Part shown: in pieces, positions 1 through 8,438 of the stretch
How the letters are laid out: the number at the start of each line of letters is the position of its first letter
Position numbering within the stretch: the first letter of the stretch is position 1
From: a virus
IMG/VR virus record: IMGVR_UViG_3300025030_000071
Span: 1 to 64,000 of that record
Strand: one strand, 5' to 3'
DNA: 64,000 nucleotides
Made by a program: the position numbers and the translations under genes
Notes under the pieces: model-generated
Told to the model about the DNA's origin: nothing
Database searches by the model: none
Seen by the model: only the letters and a program-made list of their open reading frames with translations

Positions 1-8
1 TTTAATTT

Positions 9-378
9 TCTTTAAGGGCACTTTCTGAGGGCTTAAAATAGCCCCTGGTGCCCTTAAAGAGAAGAACGCTTGCCATGTGGTCCGCGTTCTTCTAAGACCC
101 AGTTCTAGTCCTGCTCAAAGCCATGAACAAGCCCAGTTCGCCCCAAACAAAAACCAAACCCTACTCGCTATCGCTCGTACCTTATTCGTTCCCAGGGGTC
201 ACGAATAAGCTCTTGTCTAACAAAACCAAACCCTCTTGGTCAAAGTGAACGAAGTGAACGAACACTCCCTGGGGGACATCGATACATGGCCCCTTAAACT
301 CCTCAGCTGCGTTTTAAGGCAAGCAAATGCCTTCACCTAGGCCAGGGTAGAGGCCCCTTTTTTCTGAGGGCTTAAAAT
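9..378. repeat. Structured non-coding leader with hairpins and direct repeats
   Basis: Inverted repeats TCTTTAAGGGCAC 9-21/48-60, AGAAGAACGC 60-69/84-93, CTTATTCGT 181-189/201-209. Direct repeats TTTCTGAGGGCTTAAAAT 22-39/361-378 and AAAACCAAACCCT 150-162/222-234. No credible ORF. Confidence 0.7.
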
Positions 379-455
379 GGATCCTGGTCATTTCACAGCA
401 GATGGCTGACTCCAGTCTGGGTAGCTTGTTGCCGACTGCAAGGAGGTGACAAGGT

Positions 456-992
456 ATGAGTACAGCGAATAGCGAAGTGAACGGGTTATTGATAGTTGAA
501 TTGGTTCTGACCACTATGGAACATATATGTATGGGCGAACACCTGGCAAAACTTCGAGAGTTAACCCCTCACCTAGTTAACAAGAATGAGCTACTGTTAA
601 AAGAGCTTAGCTTGTTACAGAACTTCTTTGATATGTCTTCTGAGATATGCGCTATTATAGATGCAGAGAGAGGTAGGTTCTTAAGGGTTAACAAGCAATT
701 TGAGTTCTCTACTGGCATTTGTGTTAATGGTGAAATTCCCTTTATTGATGTTTTTCATACTGATGATGTTTTAGATCTAGGAATTGCTCTTAGAAATCTT
801 GAAGAGAATGAAGTCTGTAGACTTTCTTCCAGGATGAAATTAGCTAATACAATGTTCAGTAGGGTTGAATGGAGGTTTTGGCGCAATGGTAGTACTGGGC
901 TTTCTTGTGTTATCGGGACGTGTTGTCCTTCAGGGACCTTTGCTTGCGTTGTAGACCGTGATTTCTTATGTCCATTTCAAATCAAAAACTAA
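456..992 (+). CDS. Stand-alone PAS-like domain protein with Cys-rich C-terminus
   Basis: FFDMSSEICAIIDAERGRFLRVNKQFE...FIDVFHTDD...RMK...VEWRF matches the PAS pattern. SD AGGAGGTG at 441-448. Confidence 0.6.
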   Translation: MSTANSEVNGLLIVELVLTTMEHICMGEHLAKLRELTPHLVNKNELLLKELSLLQNFFDMSSEICAIIDAERGRFLRVNKQFEFSTGICVNGEIPFIDVFHTDDVLDLGIALRNLEENEVCRLSSRMKLANTMFSRVEWRFWRNGSTGLSCVIGTCCPSGTFACVVDRDFLCPFQIKN

Positions 993-1040
993 TTTGTTCA
1001 TGTGCGCAGCTTGTTCACGAACAGAATTTGTTCACGAACA
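991..1040. promoter_or_regulatory. Candidate operator array: three TTGTTCA units at a 17-bp period
   Basis: GTTC at 996, 1013 and 1030. TTGTTCACGAACA occurs at 1011-1023 and 1028-1040. Intergenic if the next gene starts at 1058. Confidence 0.4.
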
Positions 1041-1057
1041 TGGGGAGGGAACAAGGT

Positions 1058-1513
1058 ATGAGTGGAGCGAATGGGTTAAGTGAAAATGGATGGAATGAAT
1101 GGTCCCGACATGTTCTTAAAGAACTTGAAAGGCTTAACGATAATTATGAAAAGATACAGTCTGATGTATCTGATCTCAAAGGAAGACTACAAAGTTACTC
1201 CCAAGAAGATGCAGTTGGTGCTAAAATTAGGTTAATAGCTATTGAGAAAAGTATTGAAGATAAAGAAGACAGGCTTAGGCTACTTGAGAATAGCACTAAT
1301 AAGTTTTCTGGTAAATGGACTATAATATCTTCTGTTGGTGCTGCTGTTCTTGCCGTTGTGGTATCCTTTCTGTTCAACATGTTGGCCCCTAAAGCCGAGA
1401 CTTATAATGAAAACAAAATTGAAACTGTTATTCAAAGAGAATATCCAGGATATTTCCTTAATCCAATTGTTGAATTTGTTACCCAAGTTGAGGGCTTTAC
1501 AGAAACTCCTTGA
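1058..1513 (+). CDS. Coiled-coil protein with one transmembrane helix
   Basis: In frame with the 968 ORF. ATG 1058 follows GGGGAGGGA. Heptad-rich N-terminus, then hydrophobic WTIISSVGAAVLAVVVSFLF. Confidence 0.6.
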   Translation: MSGANGLSENGWNEWSRHVLKELERLNDNYEKIQSDVSDLKGRLQSYSQEDAVGAKIRLIAIEKSIEDKEDRLRLLENSTNKFSGKWTIISSVGAAVLAVVVSFLFNMLAPKAETYNENKIETVIQREYPGYFLNPIVEFVTQVEGFTETP

Positions 1514-1694
1514 GAGAGATGGCTTTGATGTTCAGAGATTCACTTCTCTGATGAATGCTTCAAGTAAAGATGACCCATTGGATTGTAAATATGTTCAGCT
1601 TTGTTTGAAAGATTTTATGCAGAAACATGAATTGGGTAAGTTTACAGAATTAAAAGATTTGTTAAGAGAAATTAGTAGTGAATTAAATGATTAA
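1407..1694 (+). CDS. Hypothetical protein (start uncertain; ORF track gives 1335)
   Basis: Fills the gap before 1687 and its stop overlaps the next start. In-frame ATG at 1407. Confidence 0.45.
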   Translation: MKTKLKLLFKENIQDISLIQLLNLLPKLRALQKLLERDGFDVQRFTSLMNASSKDDPLDCKYVQLCLKDFMQKHELGKFTELKDLLREISSELND

Positions 1695-2514
1695 AGATGA
1701 CGGGGTTTCAGATAAACCATTAGAGAATATGCCCCGTGGGGATAAGATGGCTTTAGTCAGGTTTGATGGTACTGCTATTACCGAGAAGGGCAATCTAGTT
1801 AAGCATAATTGGTTTAAAGCTCTAGAGTTTAACCCAGCTAAGTATGCTGACATTGTGATGACCCCAGCAGAGGCTCAAGCCTTACAAGCTGCTCAGTATC
1901 GGATGAGTACTGGGGCTTCAATCGGAAGTATTATGATTTGTAGAGGGGCTCAAGCTTGTCCCCGCGCGGCCACGTGCCCCCTAGTCGCCATTCAGGAGGA
2001 GATAGACAGAAAAGGCGAAGCTCGTAACGTCCTACCCATCAACAGAAATTGTCCAATCGAAGAAACTATCTTTAGAGATACCCTGATTAAACTGGCTCAA
2101 GAGTTTGACCTTACTGATGAAGATGGAAACTTTACTGATCAAAGATTGGCTCTTGAACTAGCTGAGATCGAAGTGCTTGAAAGCAGGATGAATACCATCT
2201 TGTCAGTTAGATATCAAGACCTTACAGAAGAGAAGATTGTTTCAGTTATGGAAGACGAAACTGGAACAAGGACTCAATATGTTAAAGATATTGCAGATGC
2301 TTTTAAGGTAAAAGAAAAGTTAGATTTTAGAAAAGACAAGATCAGAAAGGATCTAGTAGCTACTCGTTACGACCAAAGGAAACTCTCGGCTCAAGAGACC
2401 AGCAAGTTCACTGATGCTTCTAGTATACAAACCAATCTGCTTAAAGAACTTAGAAGATTACAAACCCTTACTTTGCAGCAACGTGAAGAACAAAATCGGC
2501 CCACAGATGATTAA
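1687..2514 (+). CDS. Cys-motif helical protein, possible terminase small subunit
   Basis: CRGAQACPRAATCP...CPIE cluster followed by charged helices. Lies upstream of terL in the same operon. Function is a positional guess. Confidence 0.35.
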   Translation: MIKDDGVSDKPLENMPRGDKMALVRFDGTAITEKGNLVKHNWFKALEFNPAKYADIVMTPAEAQALQAAQYRMSTGASIGSIMICRGAQACPRAATCPLVAIQEEIDRKGEARNVLPINRNCPIEETIFRDTLIKLAQEFDLTDEDGNFTDQRLALELAEIEVLESRMNTILSVRYQDLTEEKIVSVMEDETGTRTQYVKDIADAFKVKEKLDFRKDKIRKDLVATRYDQRKLSAQETSKFTDASSIQTNLLKELRRLQTLTLQQREEQNRPTDD

Positions 2515-2519
2515 TCACT

Positions 2520-5500
2520 ATGCCAATCAATCCACACTTTGAGGAGCTAGAAGCCGCTAAGTATTATTCTGGGCTAGCCCTTCAACGTCCACAACTACCC
2601 ACCTCTTTAGAAAGTCATCTACAATCAGCATTTAAACATGCTTCAATGTTTGACATTGAAACTGGTGACTTACATTCCTCAACTCCAATATATGAATCTG
2701 GGGTTCAACATGGAGTTGACAATCCCCAATTCTTTCATGCATTTGCAAGACCAACAAATATAGCAGGAACCTCAAGGGGTTATGTTGGAGGGTTTACTGA
2801 ACGTAGTCTCCAGAACCGCTTTGGCATGCCTGCTCAGGACGTTCTAGATATATTTGGAAAGTCTCCTTTAGGACAGAGAGACATTGTTGCTCAGACTCTG
2901 GATCAGCTTTCTGGTAGGGATATCTGGGTCCAGAACTTAAGACATGAGAGAGAATTTATCAATGCTAGGCTAGGCAGCGAAAAGGTCCAGGGTCCTGACG
3001 CTTTCTTAGAATGGGCAAAGAAGAACAATCTACAAACTCATAGTACAGGTCTTTATACTACTGATATAGGGATTAAAAGAGCTACTGTCCTTGCTAACCA
3101 AGGACAGTATTCTAAAACTCCAGTTGAACAGTATCTTAGCAGATGGGAAGGGGTATTTGGAGAATATAAGAGAGCTTTAGGAGGACCACGCCCACAAGGA
3201 ACTACTAGAGTCTTTGAAATGATGGATTTAACAAAGTCTGTCTTTGCGATGGCTCAGAGTAGAGGCTTTATGCCTCAGACTGGTGAACTATTTGCTGGCA
3301 CTGGGATTGAAGCTCTTTCAAGAGGTATGTTTGGTATCGGCGAAAGGCACACAAGCCTAGGAGACGCAGCTTTACAAGGAGAACTAACTAGACACCTTTA
3401 TGCTGCTGGTAACTTGATGTCTGAGAACCAGACATTACCTGAACAGTACCAGAAATTCTTCAAGAATATGGGGGATATTGTTCCCTATGCTAAACAGCGT
3501 GGTTTAGTTAAGAACATTGTTAGTACTTTTAGAGATATTGAGAAGTTTAAGCTAAGTGAGGAATTAGGCAGACCTGATTGGGATTTGTTGAGGGGCGCCA
3601 GAACAAAACCAGATCCAATACCTGGTAAGATGACCTTAAATACTCAGAATCCTGAAACTGGTGCTTATAGTGAAGAAGTCTACCATTACGTCACCAGAAA
3701 AGCAGTCCATCCATCGAACAAAGAATACTATACTACAGACATTAATGAATTAGTTAGTTCTTGGGAAGAGCAAGCCAAAGGTCGTCATGGCGTAATCCCG
3801 GACTACAAAGCCGCTTTAGAAGAAGCACGTAGAGAGTATATTGCTCCTTATCAAGCTCGGAAAACTCAATTAGGAGGTTCCACTTCTGGTGCCCTTCTTG
3901 AGACTGAGTCTTTATTTGAAGAACTCTCCCAAAAAATTGATAAGCAGATTACCTCCAGGATAGGCATCCCGCTAGAAGTAAAACCTTCTGGTTTTAAAAC
4001 AAAACTTTCCTCTTTTGCCAAAGAAAACTGGCCTACAGCTCTTCTGGTTGGTGGGGCCATGCTCGCTGGTGGTTGGCTCTTCTCTGGTAGAGACGATGAA
4101 TACAACACTATTGAAGGCTTAAGGCACCAAGGTTTCGCAGGAGAAACTAGAAGCAAAGTTACTGACTTCGGTTCAGGATTTGATCCATTAAAGCAATTGG
4201 CTAAGCAAGCCAATATGAGTTTTGGGGACATACTGAATCACCCTAATCTAAAAAGATTGTTAGAAGAAGGTAAAATTCTAAAAGAACTTGGGACTGGCAA
4301 GTTTGGCAAAGCAGACTTGATGGAGACTGCGCTAGGGACTGTTCCATTCAAGTATGTTAGAAAGACCCCTCACAGCATAGACTACCTCCTTACTAACGAA
4401 GATACCATTGGTAAAAGCCCAGAATTCATAAATAACTGGGCGATGTTAGCCCAAAGGGATATTAAACAAGAGGCCCTTGCATTAAGAAGACTTAGCGATT
4501 CAGACCTTACACCAACCCCATATCTTTTTGCAAAAAACAGACTCTATATGGAGTTAATGCCAGGGACCAGGGTGGCTGACATCTATGATGCCCCAGGATT
4601 AAAGCAAAAGCTCAAACCAAAACTAGAAGAAATGTTAAACATTTCTAGAAAATACGGCGTTTATAACGAAGATATTCATGGTGGAAATATCTTGTTTGAC
4701 AAATCTAGTGGCAGAATGTCTTGGATTGATTTCGGAGCCTCTTATTTCTTTCCTAGAGGTGTAAGGCAGCCCGAACCAGAACAAGAAATGGTTCGATCTT
4801 TTAATAAAATCCTGGATTACTTTACACCAACCCCAGTCCAATCAAACCAGTTCTCTGGTTTTGACGATGCTTATAATACCATTGAAGGGCTCAGGCATGG
4901 TGGTGTTGCCGGTGCCAATAGAAATAGGATTACTGATTTCGGTTCAGGTTGGGATCCATTAAGAAGTCTTCTTAGAGCGGAAGAAACATTAGCTTCTATC
5001 TTCAGAGACAAAGCAGTGCAACAGGCTTTTATTAATGCTAAAGAACTAAAAATTCTTGGTAAAGGTGAATTCGGCACATCTTATCTCATGGAGACTACAG
5101 TCCGAGGCAAACCCTTCCAGTTTGTACGTAAAAGAGGAAAGATAGGAGAACACGAAGCCGAATTTGCAACACGTGCAGAAGATTCAGTTGCCCCAACTGT
5201 TTATGGGCATTCACGCAGACATATAGATATGGAGTATTTTCCTGGTGAACTGTTAGGAGACGTACCGGCTGACGAACTTGCTGCTATGGGCGTTGGAAAG
5301 ATTGAAGATGCCGTAAGAGCAATACACAAAGTTGGTATTTTTCATAACGATCTGCATTTTAGTAATATGATGCGTGTTAAAACGCCACAGGGCAAACATG
5401 AAATTGGTATTATTGATTTTGGTTATCCTTATGCTGCTGCTTCAGGCACCCCAACTAAGCCATTAAGAGTTCGTCGAACCCCTTCTGAAAATCATCTAAC

Positions 5501-6737
5501 ATTTCAAGATATAACCCTGGGACAAGGCTTTACTGAAGATATGGCTCGGGTTAGAGAAAGTTTTGACTATTATTCTGACCCAGTTTGGCGTGCCGCCGAA
5601 GCTCAAAAACTTCAAGCTTTAGCTCCTACCAAAAAAGTTCCAACCAGGAATATGCAACTCCAAGCTCAGTTGCACATGCAACACGGCCAAGCCCCTGACC
5701 GCATCCAAGCTAACATCCAAGGCAATACTATTCCTGGTTTCCAAGAAGAAGCTCCTATAACTGGCAAAAAAGGTATAATGGCTAGGCTCAGACACTTCTT
5801 CGGTTTCGGTTCTCCTTGGCAAGGCATGTCTGACGAAGATAAATATAACCTCTCTGTCTATGGTGTAGAAGGCTTAAACCGTAAATATGGTCATCCAAGT
5901 TCAGCTAGTATAAAAATTAAAGATTACTTCGTTGAAGATGCTGATACTATCAGATTACTAATGGAAGGCGGCAAAGAAAGAACAATTCGTCTAGCTGGTA
6001 TTGATGCTCCTGAAATTTCACACGATGAAGATTACTCAACTAATAGAGTAAATCAAGATCAGCCTTATGGCTCTCAAGCTGCTACTAGATTAAAAGATAT
6101 TCTAGCTCAACAAGATTCATTAAGAGCCATTATTGATCCAACTGGTGGTTCTACTTATGGTCGTGACGTTGGGGTTTTGGTTGGCGCTGATGGCCAAAAC
6201 ATCAACTTAGAACTAGTCAGACAGGGCGCAGCAGCTTCTTTGCCCTTCGGTGATATCTCAAGTCGATTAGTAGATACTAATGAATTTAGAAAAGCAGAAG
6301 AAGAAGCTTCTGCTCAAGAAGAAGGCATGTGGGGTTTCCAAGGCTGGCAAAATGTCAGAGACCTACAAGAGGGCATGAAGCGTCGAATAACCAACACAAC
6401 CTTTACAGACCCTAAAGACTTATTTAACAACTTTAAAGCTGCTTCAATGGCCGCCAGATTAAACAACCCAGATGATGATCTTTCAGATATGCAAGCTGCT
6501 GGTGGAAGAGACGATTTTAATATTCTAGAAGGTTTAAGACACGGTTGGGCTTCTTCAAATAGAAAACTAAATACTGACTTTGGCTCTGGTTACAAAACCT
6601 CAGATGTAATTGAAACAATGAAACTCTCAACTAAGACCCATCGTATTCTACAAAAGGGCCAAAGAAGAGCAAACAGTTATATGAGAAACGCTGTCAGAAA
6701 CAACAAACAAATGATGATAGGTCATCATATAGGATAA
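2520..6737 (+). CDS. Multi-domain protein: DEDDh-like exonuclease, hydrophobic helix, two atypical protein kinases and a thermonuclease, separated by conserved spacers
   Basis: Exonuclease: FDIETG/QNLRHE/HTSLGD. Kinase 1: LGTGKFG..YVRK..NEDIHGGN..IDFG. Kinase 2: LGKGEFG..FVRK..HNDLHFSN..IDFG. Nuclease: EDADT..RLAGIDAPE..YGR..LVRQGAA..GMWG. Confidence 0.85.
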   Translation: MPINPHFEELEAAKYYSGLALQRPQLPTSLESHLQSAFKHASMFDIETGDLHSSTPIYESGVQHGVDNPQFFHAFARPTNIAGTSRGYVGGFTERSLQNRFGMPAQDVLDIFGKSPLGQRDIVAQTLDQLSGRDIWVQNLRHEREFINARLGSEKVQGPDAFLEWAKKNNLQTHSTGLYTTDIGIKRATVLANQGQYSKTPVEQYLSRWEGVFGEYKRALGGPRPQGTTRVFEMMDLTKSVFAMAQSRGFMPQTGELFAGTGIEALSRGMFGIGERHTSLGDAALQGELTRHLYAAGNLMSENQTLPEQYQKFFKNMGDIVPYAKQRGLVKNIVSTFRDIEKFKLSEELGRPDWDLLRGARTKPDPIPGKMTLNTQNPETGAYSEEVYHYVTRKAVHPSNKEYYTTDINELVSSWEEQAKGRHGVIPDYKAALEEARREYIAPYQARKTQLGGSTSGALLETESLFEELSQKIDKQITSRIGIPLEVKPSGFKTKLSSFAKENWPTALLVGGAMLAGGWLFSGRDDEYNTIEGLRHQGFAGETRSKVTDFGSGFDPLKQLAKQANMSFGDILNHPNLKRLLEEGKILKELGTGKFGKADLMETALGTVPFKYVRKTPHSIDYLLTNEDTIGKSPEFINNWAMLAQRDIKQEALALRRLSDSDLTPTPYLFAKNRLYMELMPGTRVADIYDAPGLKQKLKPKLEEMLNISRKYGVYNEDIHGGNILFDKSSGRMSWIDFGASYFFPRGVRQPEPEQEMVRSFNKILDYFTPTPVQSNQFSGFDDAYNTIEGLRHGGVAGANRNRITDFGSGWDPLRSLLRAEETLASIFRDKAVQQAFINAKELKILGKGEFGTSYLMETTVRGKPFQFVRKRGKIGEHEAEFATRAEDSVAPTVYGHSRRHIDMEYFPGELLGDVPADELAAMGVGKIEDAVRAIHKVGIFHNDLHFSNMMRVKTPQGKHEIGIIDFGYPYAAASGTPTKPLRVRRTPSENHLTFQDITLGQGFTEDMARVRESFDYYSDPVWRAAEAQKLQALAPTKKVPTRNMQLQAQLHMQHGQAPDRIQANIQGNTIPGFQEEAPITGKKGIMARLRHFFGFGSPWQGMSDEDKYNLSVYGVEGLNRKYGHPSSASIKIKDYFVEDADTIRLLMEGGKERTIRLAGIDAPEISHDEDYSTNRVNQDQPYGSQAATRLKDILAQQDSLRAIIDPTGGSTYGRDVGVLVGADGQNINLELVRQGAAASLPFGDISSRLVDTNEFRKAEEEASAQEEGMWGFQGWQNVRDLQEGMKRRITNTTFTDPKDLFNNFKAASMAARLNNPDDDLSDMQAAGGRDDFNILEGLRHGWASSNRKLNTDFGSGYKTSDVIETMKLSTKTHRILQKGQRRANSYMRNAVRNNKQMMIGHHIG
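4080..6593 (+). repeat. In-frame peptide spacer repeats (4080-4190, 4851-4961, degenerate 5724-5826, 6501-6593)
   Basis: FSGRDDEYNTIEGLRHQGFAGETRSKVTDFGSGFDPL / FSGFDDAYNTIEGLRHGGVAGANRNRITDFGSGWDPL / NTIPGF..GIMARLRHFFGFGSPWQG / GGRDDFNILEGLRHGWASSNRKLNTDFGSGY. Confidence 0.9.
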
Positions 6738-6741
6738 TATT

Positions 6742-7140
6742 ATGTCAGTAACAACAAAAATCGGCCAATTTGCCCGATGGGCTTACGAAAAAGGCGTGGC
6801 AGGCTGGGCGTCAGGGCTTAACAATGCCAAAGGTGGATGGGCCAGAGGTGGCCTCAAGGGCTTTATGGGAGCAGCTAAAGGTAGAAGGATGGCGGCACTA
6901 GGACGTGGCGCCTTGGACACTTATAGGCTTGGGAGAACGGGCCTTGGCCGTTGGGACTCTGCGGCGGCAGCAGCATCTACTTATGCTGGTCCTACTGCTC
7001 AAATGGCTGGTAGTTGGTTAACGGCTGGCAATTTAAGAGGCAGAGGCGCTTATCGTTTTGCTTCTTCTGCTGCCAGGATCGGAGCCACTGGAGCCGCTCT
7101 TGATTTCTTAAATCCATTCTCATTAGGTTTTAACGACTAA
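6742..7140 (+). CDS. Gly/Ala/Arg-rich basic protein (candidate virion core/ejected protein)
   Basis: Composition is dominated by G, A, R and W. Closely coupled to neighbouring genes. Confidence 0.6.
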   Translation: MSVTTKIGQFARWAYEKGVAGWASGLNNAKGGWARGGLKGFMGAAKGRRMAALGRGALDTYRLGRTGLGRWDSAAAAASTYAGPTAQMAGSWLTAGNLRGRGAYRFASSAARIGATGAALDFLNPFSLGFND

Positions 7141-7142
7141 AC

Positions 7143-7976
7143 ATGGGACTTAGGAATTTTGGAGCCAAAGATAGGGCTATATTTGGTAAAGTAGCTGGTG
7201 GAGTTGGCTTCTTTGGCGGGTCAGCTATAGGCTTGCTTGGAGCTGCTGGCAAGCTAGGAATGTCTGGCATGGCTGGCTTCAATAAAGACTTAGGTAATAT
7301 CTTTACTGATTATAGAGGCTGGCGCCGGAACACATTAAAAAAATTAGGTCAAAACAGAAGAGGTGCCGATATAATCCAAGCGCGAGAGACCTATGGCCCC
7401 CGCAGATCACCAAAAGCTTATGAACATGCAGACAAATACGGCCGCCAATATAACCGTAAAACTGGTGTATATGGTGACCGTAAGTTCATGGCTAGAACGG
7501 CAGGCGAGCATCTAAACAAAGGTGCTAGAAATATTGGCAGGACTTTAACCTCTAAGGCATTCTGGGGATTAAATATTGGCATTGCTGCTGTAATGTCTGA
7601 AGGTGATCCTTTAGACCCAAATACCGGGATGGTCAAACATGTTGCCAGCTCCGCTGGCGGATGGCTTGGTTGGGAGGCAGGAGGCTCCCTAGGGGCCGCA
7701 GCAGGCCTTCTTGTAGGTGGACCCATAGGCGCAGCCATTGGATACGTTGCAGGTGCCTTCTTGGGCGCTGAGGGAGGGATGGCCTTAGCTGAAGCCCCAT
7801 GGAAGATGTCTGAGCTAGGCCACAAATACGGAAGAAATTCTAAAGTAAGAAGGTCTACTTTCATTGACTCAGAAGGTGCAATGACAATGCGCCAGAGAGG
7901 GATCCAAGCCATAGCAAGATCGCAAATGTCGGCGAAAGGTGCTATGGGCCAAGAGGCACTTATGATGCACGGATAA
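7143..7976 (+). CDS. Basic glycine-zipper protein (candidate membrane-inserting/ejected protein)
   Basis: GGWLGWEAGGSLGAAAGLLVGGPIGAAIGYVAGAFLGAEGG forms a GxxxG run. Confidence 0.65.
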   Translation: MGLRNFGAKDRAIFGKVAGGVGFFGGSAIGLLGAAGKLGMSGMAGFNKDLGNIFTDYRGWRRNTLKKLGQNRRGADIIQARETYGPRRSPKAYEHADKYGRQYNRKTGVYGDRKFMARTAGEHLNKGARNIGRTLTSKAFWGLNIGIAAVMSEGDPLDPNTGMVKHVASSAGGWLGWEAGGSLGAAAGLLVGGPIGAAIGYVAGAFLGAEGGMALAEAPWKMSELGHKYGRNSKVRRSTFIDSEGAMTMRQRGIQAIARSQMSAKGAMGQEALMMHG

Positions 7977-7985
7977 ATCGATGTT

Positions 7986-8438
7986 ATGGCCGACAACACC
8001 AAATTAATAGAAGGAACCAAACAACTCATCTACAGAATATTTACTAGTATAAATCCAGCAATTTATCTAGATATGCGTTGTAAAGATGCTTCAATGGCTT
8101 TAGGTGTTATAACTGGTTTAAGAAAGTGTAGAAATTTTAGATTCTATACTAATAAACATATTGCAAAGCTAAATGAACATCAGTATCAGGACTTAGTTGA
8201 AACTACTGATCTTTTATTAGCTTTTAGAGTTCCAGCTAACGAGGAGAAGCAAAGCTATTTTCCTCTAGACGTTAAAAACAGTGGCGGTTATATAGTAGCT
8301 ATTACTGATAATGAGAAAGATGATAAATATTTCGGTAACTTTGACTTATATTTTGTTGGCGATATGCCAGGGATGTTTCCAAGTGTAATCCAGATACTTG
8401 AAAAAGGTAACGAATATGCTAAAGGCAATAAAAACTAA
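7986..8438 (+). CDS. Hypothetical protein
   Basis: 150-aa ORF in operon context. Confidence 0.6.
   Translation: MADNTKLIEGTKQLIYRIFTSINPAIYLDMRCKDASMALGVITGLRKCRNFRFYTNKHIAKLNEHQYQDLVETTDLLLAFRVPANEEKQSYFPLDVKNSGGYIVAITDNEKDDKYFGNFDLYFVGDMPGMFPSVIQILEKGNEYAKGNKN

Noticed and set aside
1058-1694. Overlapping ORFs as a spanin pair or lysis cassette
   Set aside because: No convincing lipobox, the TM helix is not N-terminal, and no endolysin is adjacent.
4164-4172. DFG inside the spacer as a kinase DFG motif
   Set aside because: Each kinase has its own IDFG after its catalytic loop, and the spacer DFG also occurs after the nuclease domain.
4080-6593. Spacer repeats as a DGR template/variable pair or a CRISPR-like array
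   Set aside because: Differences are largely synonymous and not adenine-specific. The copies are in frame and 600-900 bp apart. No reverse transcriptase or cas gene is in the window.
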